Below are positions 49,287-63,051 of a stretch of DNA of 64,000 nucleotides, piece by piece. Positions within the stretch are counted from its first letter, which is position 1; each line of letters begins with the position of its first letter. Under the pieces are notes generated by a model, which was not told where the DNA came from, did not search any database, and worked only from the letters and a program-made list of their open reading frames with translations. The stretch is from Malacoraja senta (Eukaryota). The stretch is taken from NCBI GenBank assembly GCA_038087875.1, contig CM075990.1:7814001-7878000 (forward strand), read 5' to 3'. Both the position numbers and the translations under genes were made by a program.

Positions 49287-50392
49287 CCTCGAGGAGGATA
49301 TTATTAGATAATAATTGCTAACCTGACCAGCAACCTAAGCCCTGAGCTTTTACTAAGACTGATGAGACTGCTGGCTGTGATTTTGGATCCAAAAGAGCCA
49401 TTTGGGTCAGGATTATACTGAGCACAGATTGTGTACCTGATCACAACTTCTGTGTTTGGGACTAGCTATTTCTCTGGATCCAAGACATATCAAGCTTGTA
49501 CCCTATGTTTGAGTAACATTTGACGCGTCAAACCCGTTCTAACCTTAAATGCTCAGTAATGCTCCTGCACAGGCAAACCAGTTTGATATTGGAAATCAGT
49601 TTAACTGTCAAAACTAATACATTTTAAAAAGTAGAAAAGGGCTTTATTTCCATAAATGGAATTGAGAAGTGCTGTGGAATTTGAAGCATAAATTATCCTT
49701 TTGGTCGATGCTTGTGTTTACACTCCATGAGCTCTCTCATTCCTATTCCTTTCTGTCAGAATAATATACTGACTTTTATGGCACAATGGGAGGGATGCCA
49801 TTGGTCTCATTAACGTCCCTGCCAAGCAATAAAATGGCTGTTTAGGCTCTTTGTGCATCCCCGCTGCAGGTTTGTGACCTTATAGACCACTGCACATTAA
49901 TTGCTCATCTACATTTTTATTGGCTTGTGTTCCTGCCTTCACTACCCTTTCAAGCGATGAGTTCCAGACACCCACCACTAGGTGAAAACTAGATTTTCAT
50001 TTAATCTTTTTAAGTCACCTTAAATTTACGCTCCCTGGGATTTTGCCTAAAGAATATAGGTCCTTTTCGCCATGTTCAGACCGCAATTTTCATTTTCCTT
50101 TCTCCCTCTTTTGTACTTGGTCAGTTTCTGCTCTTTGCCGACCTACAGAGAAAATATTCCCTTTCTCGGCCAAGTGAAGTAACTTATCTGCATGCTTATA
50201 CTGACTTAGTTGGTTCCAATGTCTTATGCATAAGCTGTTGAAGCTTGTTTCCATTTCTACTCTTCAGTGGGTAAGTTATTGAAGTGTGATTCATGTCCAT
50301 TTGAAGGTAGACAAAGATGCTGGAGAAACTCAGCGGGTGAGGCAGCAGCTATGGAGCGAAGGACTAGGTGACGTTTCGGGTCAAGACCCTTC

Positions 50393-51130
50393 AGGTCTGT
50401 CCCACTTAGGCAACTGCAGGAGATTATGCACATGTCGCCACATGTTCGCAGGTAGTTGCCGGGGAGTCGCCTTCATGGTCGCGAGGAGTTCCCGCATTCT
50501 GGGAACTAGTCGCAGCCTCATTATGGTCGCCACAAATTTTTCAACATGTTGAAGAATTAGCGCCGACTAGAATGAAGCCGCCATGAAGAGTAGCGATAAT
50601 TCTCGAGCCATAGGTGGGTCGCCAGGAGGTCCTAATGGGTTGCCAGGAGGTCGGAGGTTCTCGTACGTTGGAGCCGGTGCTGACCGGTGAATTTCATTGG
50701 GGGGGGGGGAAAGTAAGCAGTAGTTTTCAGAACCAAGGAACCGACCGGTAATGTTAAATATCCGCCGAACTTCACAGCCGTGTAGCTCTGGCTTCTTAAA
50801 AGTTGTCTCCATTCCTTCTTCCCCCCCCTCTTTTAAAGGACTCACCGTACACTATGCTTCAGCCGTCTTAATTACAGTGCCAACCTTCCTGTTCATCGCG
50901 GTGTGTGTCTGTATCACCTTGAGTTTGCACCGTGGTAATATTTAGACAGCGCTCCCCCGCTTGCCCTGTCCCCCGCCTGCATAACGGGCTGGTGAAGGAA
51001 GCGATGTGTTGTGTGTGTGTGTGTTCCACTCTGACAGTCGCCGTTCCAGTTGCTGTTTTTTCAGGTGACTTCCGGCAACTTGACAGTCGCCGGCAGTCTG
51101 CTGAAAAATCGCCTAAGTGGGACAGGCCCA
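50393..51130. mobile_element. PIF/Harbinger-like MITE, related subfamily
   Basis: Ends ctgtcccacttaggc / gcctaagtgggacaggccca followed by TTA. Confidence 0.7.
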
Positions 51131-53167
51131 TTAGTGTGCAAATCTAACATAATACAGAACTAAATTATCCATAACAACGCCTACAGGCTTAACCTGGCAA
51201 ACTGAGGCTGAAAGAAAAAGTGATTGCGATAAAAATGGAAATTTCTCAATTTAAGAATTGGTAGAAAATGAAGAACAACAGATCATTTAGCTGAACATCA
51301 ATAGTAAAAAAAATGCTTGAACTTCTAAAGGTGTATGTAATAACATAATGCCTTGAAAGGAATAATAGGATTGAGCAGAATTAGCATGGAATTGTGAAAG
51401 GTATTTAATTAATCTGGAGGGTTGATAAGGGGGCGTCAGTGGATGTGATGTGCTTGAATTTTTGGAAGGCTTTCAATAATGTCCCTCCCGAAGATTGATC
51501 TGTAAGGTTAGTACATGGGCAATTGGGGATAACATACTGACATTGAAAACAAATTTTCAGACAAACTTGTCTTGCCAAAATTGACGCTGGGCATGATTTT
51601 GAACCATTTGAAGGGGGAGAGGGGTTTCAGAAATTGACCCTCAGGCAAAATAGATTTCTGCCTCAGTTCCGTGAAAGACGGCAATTTGATATTCAACGAC
51701 TTCAATGGTTATATTACTGACTCATAATATTTTGTGATTTAGCCTCTTTTTTTGAGGAACTCTTACAGAGAGTCATGAACTTGCTTCTATCTCATTTTTT
51801 TCATTTTGTGGATGGTTTTACTTTTTATTCCATCTGCCATGTCCTCGCTCATTTACTCAACCTGACTATATCCTGACAAAGTATCTTTGCTGCATCCTCC
51901 ATACATGCAACTGTGCCTAGTTTAGTATCAACAACAATCTTGGATGCTGGCATCTTGATTTCCCTCAGCCAAATCATTGATATAGATTGCGATGAGTTAG
52001 AGCTCAAATGCCAGATCCCACTGTACCCCACTAATCAGTCTGCTAATCTGATAAGGATCCCGACACAGCTTTCAGTCTGAAGAAGGGTCTAGACCCAAAA
52101 TGTCGCTTTTTCCTTGGCTCCACAGATTCTGCCTCACCTGCTGAGTTTCTTCAGCATTTTTATCTACCTTCCAGCTGTCTGTCGGATAACCATTTTTGGC
52201 TGAATAGAGAGGAGAACTTGAAGGTTGATGGTAGAATTGAGTGTGTTAACTTTCCAATGATTATAAAGGGAAATTATATTTGTGACCCCCAATTGGGCTT
52301 GGCTGACTAGTTCTTTACCGTTTACTGGCCTGCTGGTATTAAATTGACTAAGAAAGGACCCTGTATATCTGCGGGATTGACAGTATTGTAGATAGACCAG
52401 ACTTGTTGCAAAATTCTGGACCAATAATCCAGCATTATGATTATGAATCTCTGTAGCAACTGGGGAACTTGAATTGATTGCAAAATCTAGAACACTTAAA
52501 ACATCCATCTGTTTTCAAGAAGTTTCTTATGCAGGCACTTAATTAATAGAAACACAGAACTGCAGATACTGGTTAATACACAAAACGACACTAAGTGCTG
52601 AAGTAACAGCTAGTCAGGCTGGAGAACATGGATAGGTGAATTTTCGGGTCAAGACCCTTGATCAGCTGAGTTGCTCCAGCAGCGTGTGTCCTTTCAAGCA
52701 CTTAAGTTGCGTGTAGCAAATGTTTGCGTTTGAATGTTATTGAACTGTTATGGTGGCTTTCGTGTCTTTAGTGGACCACTGATTTTCAAAGTGTGTACTT
52801 CTGCAGAGCAATTGCCACGTGGTTCTTTCTGTCAGGACTCATCATTGCGACAACATTCATTGCTGCATGCTTAGTCAGGCAGTTTGACTTTGAGTGACAT
52901 TTGGGTATGTGAGATACTGTCTCGATAATGGCTGTGGATATTTTTACCATGGTGGTCAAAATGATTAACAGTAGAAGGTTAAGGCAGGCAGCTGTTCCCC
53001 CTATTCCAAGCTCGGCTGGCAATGTAAATTAAGGTGATATAACAGATAGCACCCTGAGTTGTGGAAATAGTTGTGGAAAACCCCAGCCAATGGATCAATG
53101 AGTTTATTGGCTTTGTGTAATTTCAAACAAAGTTTTTTGTGGTTTACCTCGTGAAATGTCATCAATT

Positions 53168-53590
53168 GAATGAATGAATATGGTTATTGGCCATGTATTC
53201 ACATACAAGAAGTTTGCTTTGGTGCTCCGCCCACAAGTTTCAACATGACATACAGCGACAGTTAGGAATGACACATAAAACATTAAACATTAATAATAAA
53301 ACATTATTGATTAAACATATCAATTAAATAAAATACCAGAGCTAAAGGAGGCTACAAATTTTGGGTTATTGAGTAGAGCTACGATTCGTGGGGAAAAGCT
53401 GTTTTTATGTCTGCTTATGGCAGCTTTGACAGTCCGGATTCACCTTCCAGAAGGAAGTGATTCAAAGAATTTGTGGCCAGGGTGAGAGGGGTCAGAGATG
53501 ATCTTAGCTGCTCGCTTTCTGGCCCTTGCAGTGTACATTTCGTCAATGGAGGGAAGGTTGCAGTCAATAACCTTCTCAACTGATTTGCTG
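53168..53590 (-). mobile_element. Rex1/Babar-type LINE 3' fragment
   Basis: EKVIDCNLPSIDEMYTARARKRAAKIISDPSHPGHKFFESLPSGR; (ATTC)n-type tail. Confidence 0.8.
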
Positions 53591-55415
53591 CAGCCTTTGA
53601 TACTTTGGTACCGATATACCGCTGCCGAACAGTATAATGTTTTGTTCATTACAGAACTCCAATGATTCTAATTGGAAATTGTATTTATGATGCACGATTG
53701 AGTTTAGTTGAGATGCTCTTCTGGATTAAGCTGCCTTCTGGTATTAAATGGACTAGATGAAGGGACCCAGTATGTCGGCTTAGTGTAGCAGTGCAGTGGT
53801 AACTGGATCAGCAGCAGAATATGAGCCATTGATGTGGTGTTAGGAGTTTGAATCCCACTGTAGCAACTGGGGAATACAAATTTCAGGATTTAGATAATTA
53901 TAGAACTATTGCAAAAAAAAAATACAGCTGTTGTTTTATTCAGGTGCGAATTTGTATCCTGAATGGAGTGTTGCATGAGTGCAATTCTATTGCCCAATAT
54001 TGCCTTCAGGGTCAATGGAATCGTATTGTAGTGGTTGGTTACTAAGTAACTGGCTTCCATGTGATCCAACCACAATTGCAGGGCAAATTGTCAACCTGAC
54101 CTGTTAGAATGGCCCACCTTCTTGGCTACCAAAGAAACAAACTTGTTCAATAGATGAGAAATCTGTTTATGACAATTGAAGTGTATTATTGTGGTCTTTG
54201 TTTTGATATAGTGGCATTGCTTTATGGAGAGTGACATGTCTGACTTAATAGAAACTGGGTCTGTGTCTCCCAGCATCACCCGAGAGACTTTGCGTATGCT
54301 GCCGTTTTGCCTTTTAAGGTCCATCCTCTTCTCCATGACTTCCCTCTCCAGGTGGGTTCCCGGTTCTGCCTAGGACGAGCCAAGCCTGCTGTTGTGATAC
54401 AGCCACGGCCCTCTGGGATTCCTTTCACCATTTATGGCTCACTGGGATTCCAAACATTGTATAGAGAAAACGTTCCCATGTCAGGAGTACACAGTTAAGA
54501 ACAATAACAGCATTTTGGAGGTGTCACCAGTTTAAATTATTGTCACCTTGCTGATCCATGCTGAGCTGCTTGACGTTGTAAATGTCAATGGGAGATTTCA
54601 CATTTTCTATACATTTTAAAATTGAAATAGTGAATCCAGATTTGCACGTTAAAATTTGAGCATGATCTGTTGCCAAAGGTGAACAATTTTGACAGTGATT
54701 CTGAGGGGAAATAATTTCCCTTTAAAACTCATGAGAAGGTGTGTGTATATGTGCACATACATGAAAACATGGCATAGCCCTTATCAGTGTAGCATAAGAT
54801 TGACTATGTTAGCTACAGTATTTGGTATATAAAGCTGGAATAAGTTAATGAAATGAGCTAGAAGTCGTGAATCTGCTTGTCTATTATTGGGTAGAGCAGA
54901 ATCTTGTGGGAGCAAGAGATTCGTGTTCTCATTGTGCCATTAATGCATAAAGTGTAATTGGGTGAAAAGTTTAGAAAGTTGATTATTTGGACGAGAAAGG
55001 ACAACTCGTGTAAGGGCCAGCAAAGTAATATGTTTTATTTAGACGCTTAAAAAACAGTGCCCTCCATAATGTTTGGGACAAAGATCCATAATTTGTTTAT
55101 TTGCCTCTGTACTCCACAATTTGAGATATATAATAGAAAAAATCACATGTGATTAAAGTGCACATTGTCAGATTTTGTTAAAGGCCATTTTTATACATTT
55201 TGGTTTCACCATCCAGAAATTACATAGTCCCCCAATTTCAGGGCACCATAATGTTTGGGACACATGGCTTCACAGGTGTTTGTAATTGCTCAGGTGTGTT
55301 TAATTGCCTCCTTAATGCAGGTATAAGAGAGCTCTCAGCACCTAGTCTTTTCTCCAGTCTTTTCATCACCGTTGGAAACTTTTATTGCTGTTTATCAACA
55401 TGAGGACCAGAGTTG

Positions 55416-55551
55416 GGGTGGGAGATTGCAACCTTCACGTGGTCCGCCCTGTTTCGACTAATGCAATCAACTCGACGTGCACAAGCGGAAGATCAAATAG
55501 AACAAGTTGTCCTACAACTTTAGGCTGTGCACGCCACACGAAAAAGGAAGA
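55416..55551 (+). mobile_element. 136-bp retroposed insertion in the Tc1 transposase start (probable LINE 3' end)
   Basis: 13-bp TSD AGGACCAGAGTTG at 55403-55415 and 55552-55564; purine-rich AAG-type tail. Confidence 0.75.
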
Positions 55552-55984
55552 AGGACCAGAGTTGTGCCAAGGAAAGTCAAAGCCATTATGAGACTGAGAA
55601 ACAAGAATATAACTGTTAGAGACATCAGCCAAACCTTAGGCTTACCAAAAGCAACTGTTTGGAACATCATTAAGAAGAAAGAGAGCACTGATGAGCTTAC
55701 TATTCGCAAAGGGACTGGCAGGTCAAGAAAGACCTCCACAGCTGATTACAAAATAATTCTCTCTATAATAAAGAAAAATCCCCAAATACCTGTCCGACAG
55801 ATCAGAAACACTCTTCAGGAGTCAGGTGTGGATTTGTCAATGACCACTGTCCGCAGAAGACTTTGTGAACAAAAATACAGAGGCTACATTGCAAGATGCA
55901 AACCACTGGTTAGCTGCAAAAATAGGATGGCCAGGTTAGTTTGCTAAGAAATACTTAAAAGAGCAATGACAGTTCTGGAAAAAG

Positions 55985-56624
55985 GTAGACAGAAATGCTG
56001 GAGAAACTCAGCGGGTGAGGCAGCATCTATGGAGCGAAGGAAATAGGCAACGTTTAGGGTCGAAATCCTTCTTCAGACTGATGTGAGGGTGGGGGAGACA
56101 GGAGGAAGAAAGGAAGAGGTGGGGCCAGAGGGTTGAGGGAGAGCTGAGAAGGGTAGGAGAAAGTAAGGAGTACCTGAAGTTAGAGAAGTCAATGTTCATA
56201 CCGCTACGGTGCAAACTGCCCAAGCGAAATATGAGGTGCTGCTCCTCCAATTTACGGTGGTCTTCACTCTGGCCATGGAGGAGGCCCAGGACAGAAAGGT
56301 CGGATTCGGAATGGGAGGGGGGGTTGAAGTCCTGAGCCACCGAGAGATCTGGTTGGTTATTGCAAACCGAGCGGAGGTGTTCGGCGAAGCGATCGCCAAG
56401 CCTACGCTTGGTCTCACCGATGTAATCTGGCATCTAGAGCAGCGGATGCAATAGATGAGGTTGGAGGAGGTGCAGGTGAACCTCTGCTGCACCTGGAAAG
56501 ACTGCTTGAGTCCTTGAATGGAGCCAAGGTGGGAGGTAAAGCGACAAGTGTAGCAATTCTTGTGGTTGCAAGGGAAAGTGCCCGGAGAGGGGGTGGTTCG
56601 GGTTGGAAGGGACGAATTGACCAG
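55985..56624 (-). mobile_element. Penelope-like retroelement 3' fragment (GIY-YIG endonuclease plus terminal repeat)
   Basis: FTCTSSNLIYCIRCSRC and YIGETKRRLGDRFAEHLRSV...RKLEEQHLIFRLGSL...GMNIDF (frameshifted), followed by the ~130-bp terminal repeat found throughout the window; GGAAAAAG duplicated at 55977-55984 and 56625-56632. Confidence 0.9.
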
Positions 56625-57216
56625 GGAAAAAGATATTGTGGACAGATGAGATTAAAACACTGTAGTGGGGGTGTTATGGCCAGGGTATGTATGGGACATT
56701 ATGGTGCCATGGGGGGGGGGGGGCTATGTATAAGTAAACACTGCTGTAATTTCTACATAGTGAAATTAAAATGTATAAAAATGGCCTTTATTAAAATCTG
56801 ACAATGTGCACTTTAACTACGTGCGATTTTTGTTCTATTACAAATCTCAAATTGTGGATTACAGAGGCAAATAAATGAATTATGGGTCTTTGTCCCAAAC
56901 ATTATGGAGGGCACTGTAATTTAATCTGGTTTTAAAAGAATTCCTTCTCAATCCTTGTAGAAAAGTTACATAATCTCTGAAAATTCTGCACAGTTGCTTC
57001 CTATCCCTGTACCCTATCTGGCTGCAGGATCTCTTGGGCACTTGCATTGTTTTGCCTGAATCAATTAAACTCAAGTTTATAACTTGGATTTTGAGTTAAC
57101 CTGTATTGTGATTTAGAGTGATTAATTCTATCAACATTTCTCCATTTTATTCATCTGCTCCTTTGGTTTCCTGTCTCCTGTATACCAATTTATTGCTGAT
57201 CTCCAACAGAAGCTTA

Positions 57217-57425
57217 AGGAAGAACTGCAGATGCTGGAAAAATTGAAGGTAGACAAACATGCTGGAAAAACTCAGCAGGTGAGGCAGCATCTATGGAGCG
57301 AAGGAAAAGGCAATGTTTTGGGTCGAGACCCTTCTTCAGACCTGTCCCGACCCAAAACGTCGCCTATTCCTTCGCTCCATAGATGCTGCCTCACCTGCTG
57401 AGTTTCTCCAACATTTTTGTCTACC
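57217..57425. mobile_element. Penelope-terminal-repeat palindrome
   Basis: Head-to-head arms as at 2876-3119. Further single or palindromic copies at ~275-418, 2390-2510, 4430-4545, 5080-5236, 6840-6922, 16668-16765, 21884-21976, 33227-33302, 36268-36400, 50303-50392, 52072-52170, 52555-52695. Confidence 0.8.
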
Positions 57426-58091
57426 TCCAACAAGATACAAGATACATTTATTGGTCACATGTGCCAGTTGGCACAGTGAAATGTGTGTTCACCATACAGC
57501 CATACAATAAAAATAAAGAACACCACACACGATAGAGTTCAACATAAAAACATCCCCACACAGCAGAATCAAAAGTTTCCCACTGTGAGGGAAGGCAGCA
57601 AAGTCAGTCCTCTTCCTCTAATGTCTAATGTTCACCCGTAGTCGGGGCCTCCCCGAGCCCTCCGCAGTCGCCGCTACGGGCGGCCCCATCAACAGAAGCT
57701 TATAATACTTGATTGGCAGTCTTTAAATAGCACTTTCTCATAAGTGATCACAAAGAAGGAATAGTGAAGTTTCCTCAACTAAAATCGATCTCCATCTCCG
57801 TTAGGGCAGGTTTATAAAATATTTAAAACATGAATTAAAATAACTCTTTTAACTATGTAAATTATTTATTCATCCTACCATATCAAAGATAGCCTGATTG
57901 GTTTTGTAGTGAACTCTTTAATTGTGACTTTTTATGCTGACAATGAAGTGAAGTCTGAACATTGGGCTGGAGTTGGTATCTTGAATTGTCAACAATATAG
58001 TTTCCCCAATTCCTTTGCATTTCAGCCTCATCAGTGGGAAGGGCCTTGGTTGGAAACAGCTGAGTGGGTGGCATTTTGTCATGCTTCCTTA

Positions 58092-58587
58092 AGGGGCTGT
58101 CCCACTTGGGCGACCTAATCCGCGAGTTTGCCCTTGACTCGTACTCGCAGCATGGACGACACGAGGTCGTAGGAGGTCTTTGTAACTCTCTTTCATGCTC
58201 GAGAGTAGTCCCCGTGTACTCGAGGCCTCAGCTAGGTCGCGGCGTATTTTTCAACATGTTGAAAAATGCCCGCGAGTACAAAAAGGTCGTCATGGAAAAA
58301 ATCGATACTTTTTTTACTCGTAGGTTTAGTCGTAGTAGGTCGGCATGTTAGTCGTAGGTAATCGAGGGTAGTCGAAGGTAGTCTTCATCATAGTCGAAGG
58401 GTCAAAAGGAGATCAAAGGAGGTCGTCTTCACTCTCCACTATGTCCAATTTTCCCGAAGTTAGCTAGTCTTCAACATAGTCGAAGGTCGAAGGAGGTCTT
58501 CTATATAGTCGAAGGAGGTCTTCAACATGACATTTTTTCAAACTCTTCTAAACTCGCCAATTAGGTCGTCCAAGTGGGACAGCCCCT
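58092..58587. mobile_element. PIF/Harbinger-like MITE
   Basis: TIRs AGGGGCTGTCCCACTTGG..GACCTAAT; TTA on both sides (58089-58091, 58588-58590); internal gtcgaagg-type repeats. Confidence 0.85.
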
Positions 58588-61023
58588 TTACCTGGAGCAA
58601 GTTGTTCCAATTCATTCATTATTTATACACATAGTATAACTTTAGACGAGGAGCATTGAACCTCCAGTGAAATGGGGTGATCGGTATCTCCATTCCATGC
58701 TCACCGAAATGAACATTAGCTGCCCATGCAGCTGGTCCTGAAAACCATATTGTAAATGCCAAATACTGGAGAAAGACTGCGGATGCTGGGTTAACCTAGA
58801 AAATGTTCGGATTGTAGGAATAAGTTATCCAAGTCTCTTTAGTAAATAAGCAAAGTAGAAAGAATCTTTGAAATACAAGGATTGAAATGAAGACTTATGC
58901 AAGTTGTGGTCCTTATTTAACCTTTGGGCTCAGGGATGACAGCAGTGAGGTGCCTGGCAGTGAGAATATGGAACGGTAAATAGTATCATGTAGCATTCTC
59001 TGGGTGTCAACTTGTCGGCTCAAGTTGGAACTGTTGAATACTGAAGAGAAGAACCTTAAGGCGAGAGAGGCAAAGTTTAAAGGAGACAATATTTTGTTTA
59101 TGCAGAGTGGTAGGTGTCTAGAACGCATCATCTGGGGAGATGGTAGAAGCTCGTATGATAGCAAAATTTACAAGATATTTAGACAGGCATCTGAACAGGC
59201 AAAGAAGGAACAGATTCTAGATAGTGTGCATGCAGATTTATATTTTAAACTGAGTTCATGATTGGTGCAGACACCATGGGCCTAAACACCTGTTCCCATG
59301 CTGCACTGTGCTGTGTTCTGCTCCCGCCCCCACTCCATCTCTTCCACCGGCATTTTTCTGGTTTACGGGATGCATGGTGTTTACTGGAAGCATTGATTGT
59401 ATCTCTAGTCCATGGAGTCAGGATGTAGGAATATCCTTTGACAATATTAATGATAATGTATTTATTACATAATACTCCATCTGGTTTTTGCCAGTTATTG
59501 ATTTTGTTCTCTGTTTAAGTTATCGTTTGACGCTCAACTGTGAATAGCAGGCAGAAAATCAGCTGTTATTATGGTTTGCTTTCACTTTAGATCTGTGTTT
59601 TTCTACCCCAATTTGATCTTGAACCGGCAGTTATCAAGTGAGCATTGGACATAAAGTGGGAGAGACTATTAGTGTTAAAAAGTACATGCTTGTTATTGTG
59701 TTCTGTAATTCCTGAACTGAATCTGTTATTTTGCACGTCTTCCAGTTTTTTCCCACATGCAGTCATTTTATTTATCGGATCCTGAGCGTTGTGGATTTGG
59801 TTTGTTTCTGGTCTGTGGTGTTCTGTTGGGAATTGGGGTGAAGGAAGAGGCACCATTTTGATGTGCAGTAGGAAAACAAAACAAAGTGCTGGAGTGCTCA
59901 GCCAGTCGGGCAATATTTGTTGACGAAAGGGGCAGCATGAGAAATCATTGACCATTTCTGATTAATTCCTGGACTAAAACCTCGCCTCCGTTTCTCTACA
60001 CAGATGTTGATTGATCTTTGAAGTATTCCCGTTGCGTCAGACTTCCAGGATCTGCAGGTTTTGGCTTTGAAATGTATGGGTCGAGTTAGTTAAGCTTTGC
60101 AAAGGCTGGGAATGCAAGTTGTAAGGAGAGATATTGAGTCTATTTGAACTGAATCTGCATTTTAATTATGTAAGTGTCTTAATGGGTTTTATAAGGAAAC
60201 CCATTTCCTCTCTTCCTGGACTTGGAGGTGGGAGTGGAAATCAACAAAGTCAGAACCGAGTTAGGAGATAAATTTCGCTGGGATGTTGTATTGTGAATGC
60301 TTAGCTTTAAATTGAATGGTCGTGAGCCAGCACTTTGAATTGCTGCAAACAATATCAAAGTGCCTCTTTATTGCTGCTGGGTAGGGAGTTGTGCAACTTG
60401 AATGGGGACTTGAGTTACTGTTGCTGAACAAAATGCTGTTCCTGACGTTCCAATTAGTGGAGATCACGGATTTTGGGAGTTGATCCAATTTGCTTCATTT
60501 CATCTTGTACATGTTACACACTGCAGTCACACTGTGCTTATAGATGTGGGGGTGAATATTACAGATGTATTTTGATCAAGACACCTGCTTTGATTTGGGT
60601 GGTAACAAGCTGCTTGTGTTCTGCAGCTATTGACGCAGTCTAAGTAATTGGTGTTCTTTGCATTTCTTGATTTATCTTTAGTCAGAGGGTTGTGAATCTG
60701 GAATTCTTTGCCACAGAAGGCTGTGGAGGCAGTCAATGGATATCTTTAAGGCAGAGATAGATAGATTCTTGATTAGTGCGGGTGTCAGGGGTTATGGGGA
60801 GATGGCAGGAGAATGGGGTTAGGATGGAGAGGTAGATCAGCCATGATTGAATGGCAGAGTAGACATGATGGGCAAAATGGTCTAATTCTGCTCCTATCAC
60901 TTATGAATTGAAGACCTTATAATGGTGGTATGGCTTTAAGGAGTTGAAAAGGGAGTCATGGTGCAGATCATCCAATCTCTTGCCTGCTGCAGGATCCATA
61001 GCTGTGTTTGGATCAGTCAAATT

Positions 61024-61995
61024 TAGAGATTAGAGAGATTAGAGATTCCTTTATTTGTCATTCAGACCTTTCGGTCTGAACGAAATTTCGTTGCCTGCAG
61101 TCATACATATAATAATAAATGACAAAACACACAATAAACACAAATTAACATCCACCACAGTGAGTTCACCAGGCACCTCCTCACTGTGATGGAGGCAAAA
61201 GTCTTAAAGTCTCTGTCTCTTCCCGCTTTGTTCTCCCTCTGCGCTGAGGCGATCCAGGCTTCTGATGCTGTGGCCCCGCCGGGCGACGGTAAGCCAGTCC
61301 CGCGGCCGAATCCGTGCTCCGCGACGGGCCGGCTCAAACTCCGCGGCCCGGGGTGGTCGAAGCTGCCGAAGCTGCCGCCCTCCAGTCCAGCGGACGCAGC
61401 TGTAGTTGCGGGAGCCCCAGAAAAACAGGTCACCAACCTGTGACCTGCGCGCTCCCGACGATGTCGTCCACTGGGCCAGCCGTGGCCGAGCCTCCGGATT
61501 CAGGTCGCCACCAGTGTCCTCGGTCACCACTGCCGGAACGCCACCGCAGCCCCGAAGTTGGCCAGCCTCGCGCTCCCGAAGATGTCGTCCACTGGGCCAG
61601 CTGCGGCCGAGCTTCCGGATTCAGGTCGCCACCAGTGTCCTCGGTCGCCACCGCCGGAACGCCACCGCAGCCCCGAAGTTGGCCAGCCCCGCGCCGGTAA
61701 GTCCTGGCTCTGCCTCCGGAGCCTCGAGGTCGATCGGTCGCTCGCAGTTGGAGTTGGAGGCCGGCAGCTCCGCCATTTTGGCCTCAGCGCAGACGGAGGC
61801 AGAGAAGGGGAATACGACAAGAAAAAGTCGCATTCCCCCGAAGGAAGAGACAAAAATCATGTTTCACCCCCCACCCCACACATACACAACCCAATAAACT
61901 AAATTTTAACTAAAACAGGACAAAAGAAAACAACAAAAAAAGTAAAAACAGACGGACTGCAGGCGAGCCGCTGCTGTACGACAGCGCCGCCACTT
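61024..61995 (-). mobile_element. ~1-kb non-coding GC-rich retroposon with LINE-like 3' end and internal 121-bp tandem duplication
   Basis: On the minus strand ends ...ttcagaccgaaaggtctgaatgacaaataaagg(aatctct)n; duplication units start at 61448 and 61569; related 3' ends at ~7090-7235, 37788-37965 and 57432-57600. Confidence 0.6.
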
Positions 61996-62589
61996 CCATT
62001 TATATGCAAAGATAGATTCCATGATGACTTGCAGTAATGTCATGAAGAGATGATTATGCTTGTTGGAAAAGATCACTGTCTGATTTGTGTGGCATGAGTG
62101 TAACTTGAGCGTTTTGTATTTGATATTGATGGAGGGGAAGTAGGAGTTGCTGGTGGGAGTTGACAGGATAGATGGGATTGGGTGTGAGTTGACGAGACTG
62201 TCATAGACCAATTTTCCCTGCTTCCTAACATTATTACAAATGCAAGATAAATCATGAGCCTGCCGTTAGCTGACTAGCTTTTATGGTGTTAACAGATACT
62301 AAATAACTTTACTTAGAAACAAAACAAATGTTGCCTCTGTTTGATCTTGAAATATTTCGACTTTTGACCTTGTTATTTAAATAAAGTCCGGTAGAAATTA
62401 TGCAGCAATTTGATAGAAAGCTAAGAAGCATTTTGAACTTTTGTGCAACGCAATGCATTATTCTTGAGATGCAAGCATTATGGTGGCATAGCCACTAATC
62501 ATTATCCAGCTGCCTTTGGGAAGGTGGTGAACTGCTCCTTTGAATTGTTGTGATCTGAATGGAAACTAACCCTAACATTATTACAAATC

Positions 62590-63040
62590 CTCTACACTCA
62601 CAACTGCATGGGCCAATTCGGCTCCATTTCCATCTACAAGTTTGCAGACGACAACACTCTGATGAGCCAAATCATGAATAATGATGAGATAGACTACAGG
62701 AAGGAGATAGAAAACTTCCGGACATGGTGTCAGGAGAATAACCACTCCCTCAATGTCAGCAAGACAAAGGAGTTAGTTACTAAATTCAGGAAGTATGGTG
62801 GAGGGCATGACCAATCAGCATCAATGGCGCAGATGTGAAAAAGATTGAGGACATCAAATTCCTTGGTGTTAATATTGCCAATGATCTGACATGAATCATC
62901 CACGTTGATGCGACAGTGAAGAAGGCACAACAAACCCTCTACTTCCTGCGGAGGCTGGGGAAATTTGGCATATCTCCAGTGACCCATAGAAAGCGTACTG
63001 TCACAGTCTGGATTGGGAACAGCTCTGCCCAAGAAGGGCA
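62590..63040 (+). mobile_element. Rex1/Babar-type LINE RT fragment
   Basis: IYKFADDNTL...DYRKEIENFRTWCQENNHSLNVSKTKELV..FRK and LYFLRRLGKFG. Confidence 0.8.
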
Positions 63041-63051
63041 AATTTTCATTA

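Larger units (their letters stand above)
55055..56916 (+). mobile_element. Tc1/mariner relic (IR/DR type) with internally deleted transposase and two nested insertions
   Basis: ~200-bp TIRs starting CAGTGCCCTCCATAATGTTTGGGACAAAGA with an inner direct repeat; TA after the right end; transposase N-terminus MRTRVVPRKVKA...TVRDISQTLGLPKATVWNIIKK...GTGRSRKTS...TVRRRL; FWKK|ILWTDE resumes after the Penelope insertion; the rest of the DDE domain is missing. Confidence 0.92.

Noticed and set aside
61101..61902. Cluster of 80-160 aa ORFs
   Set aside because: GC-rich repeat interior with a 121-bp duplication that shifts frame; no domain.
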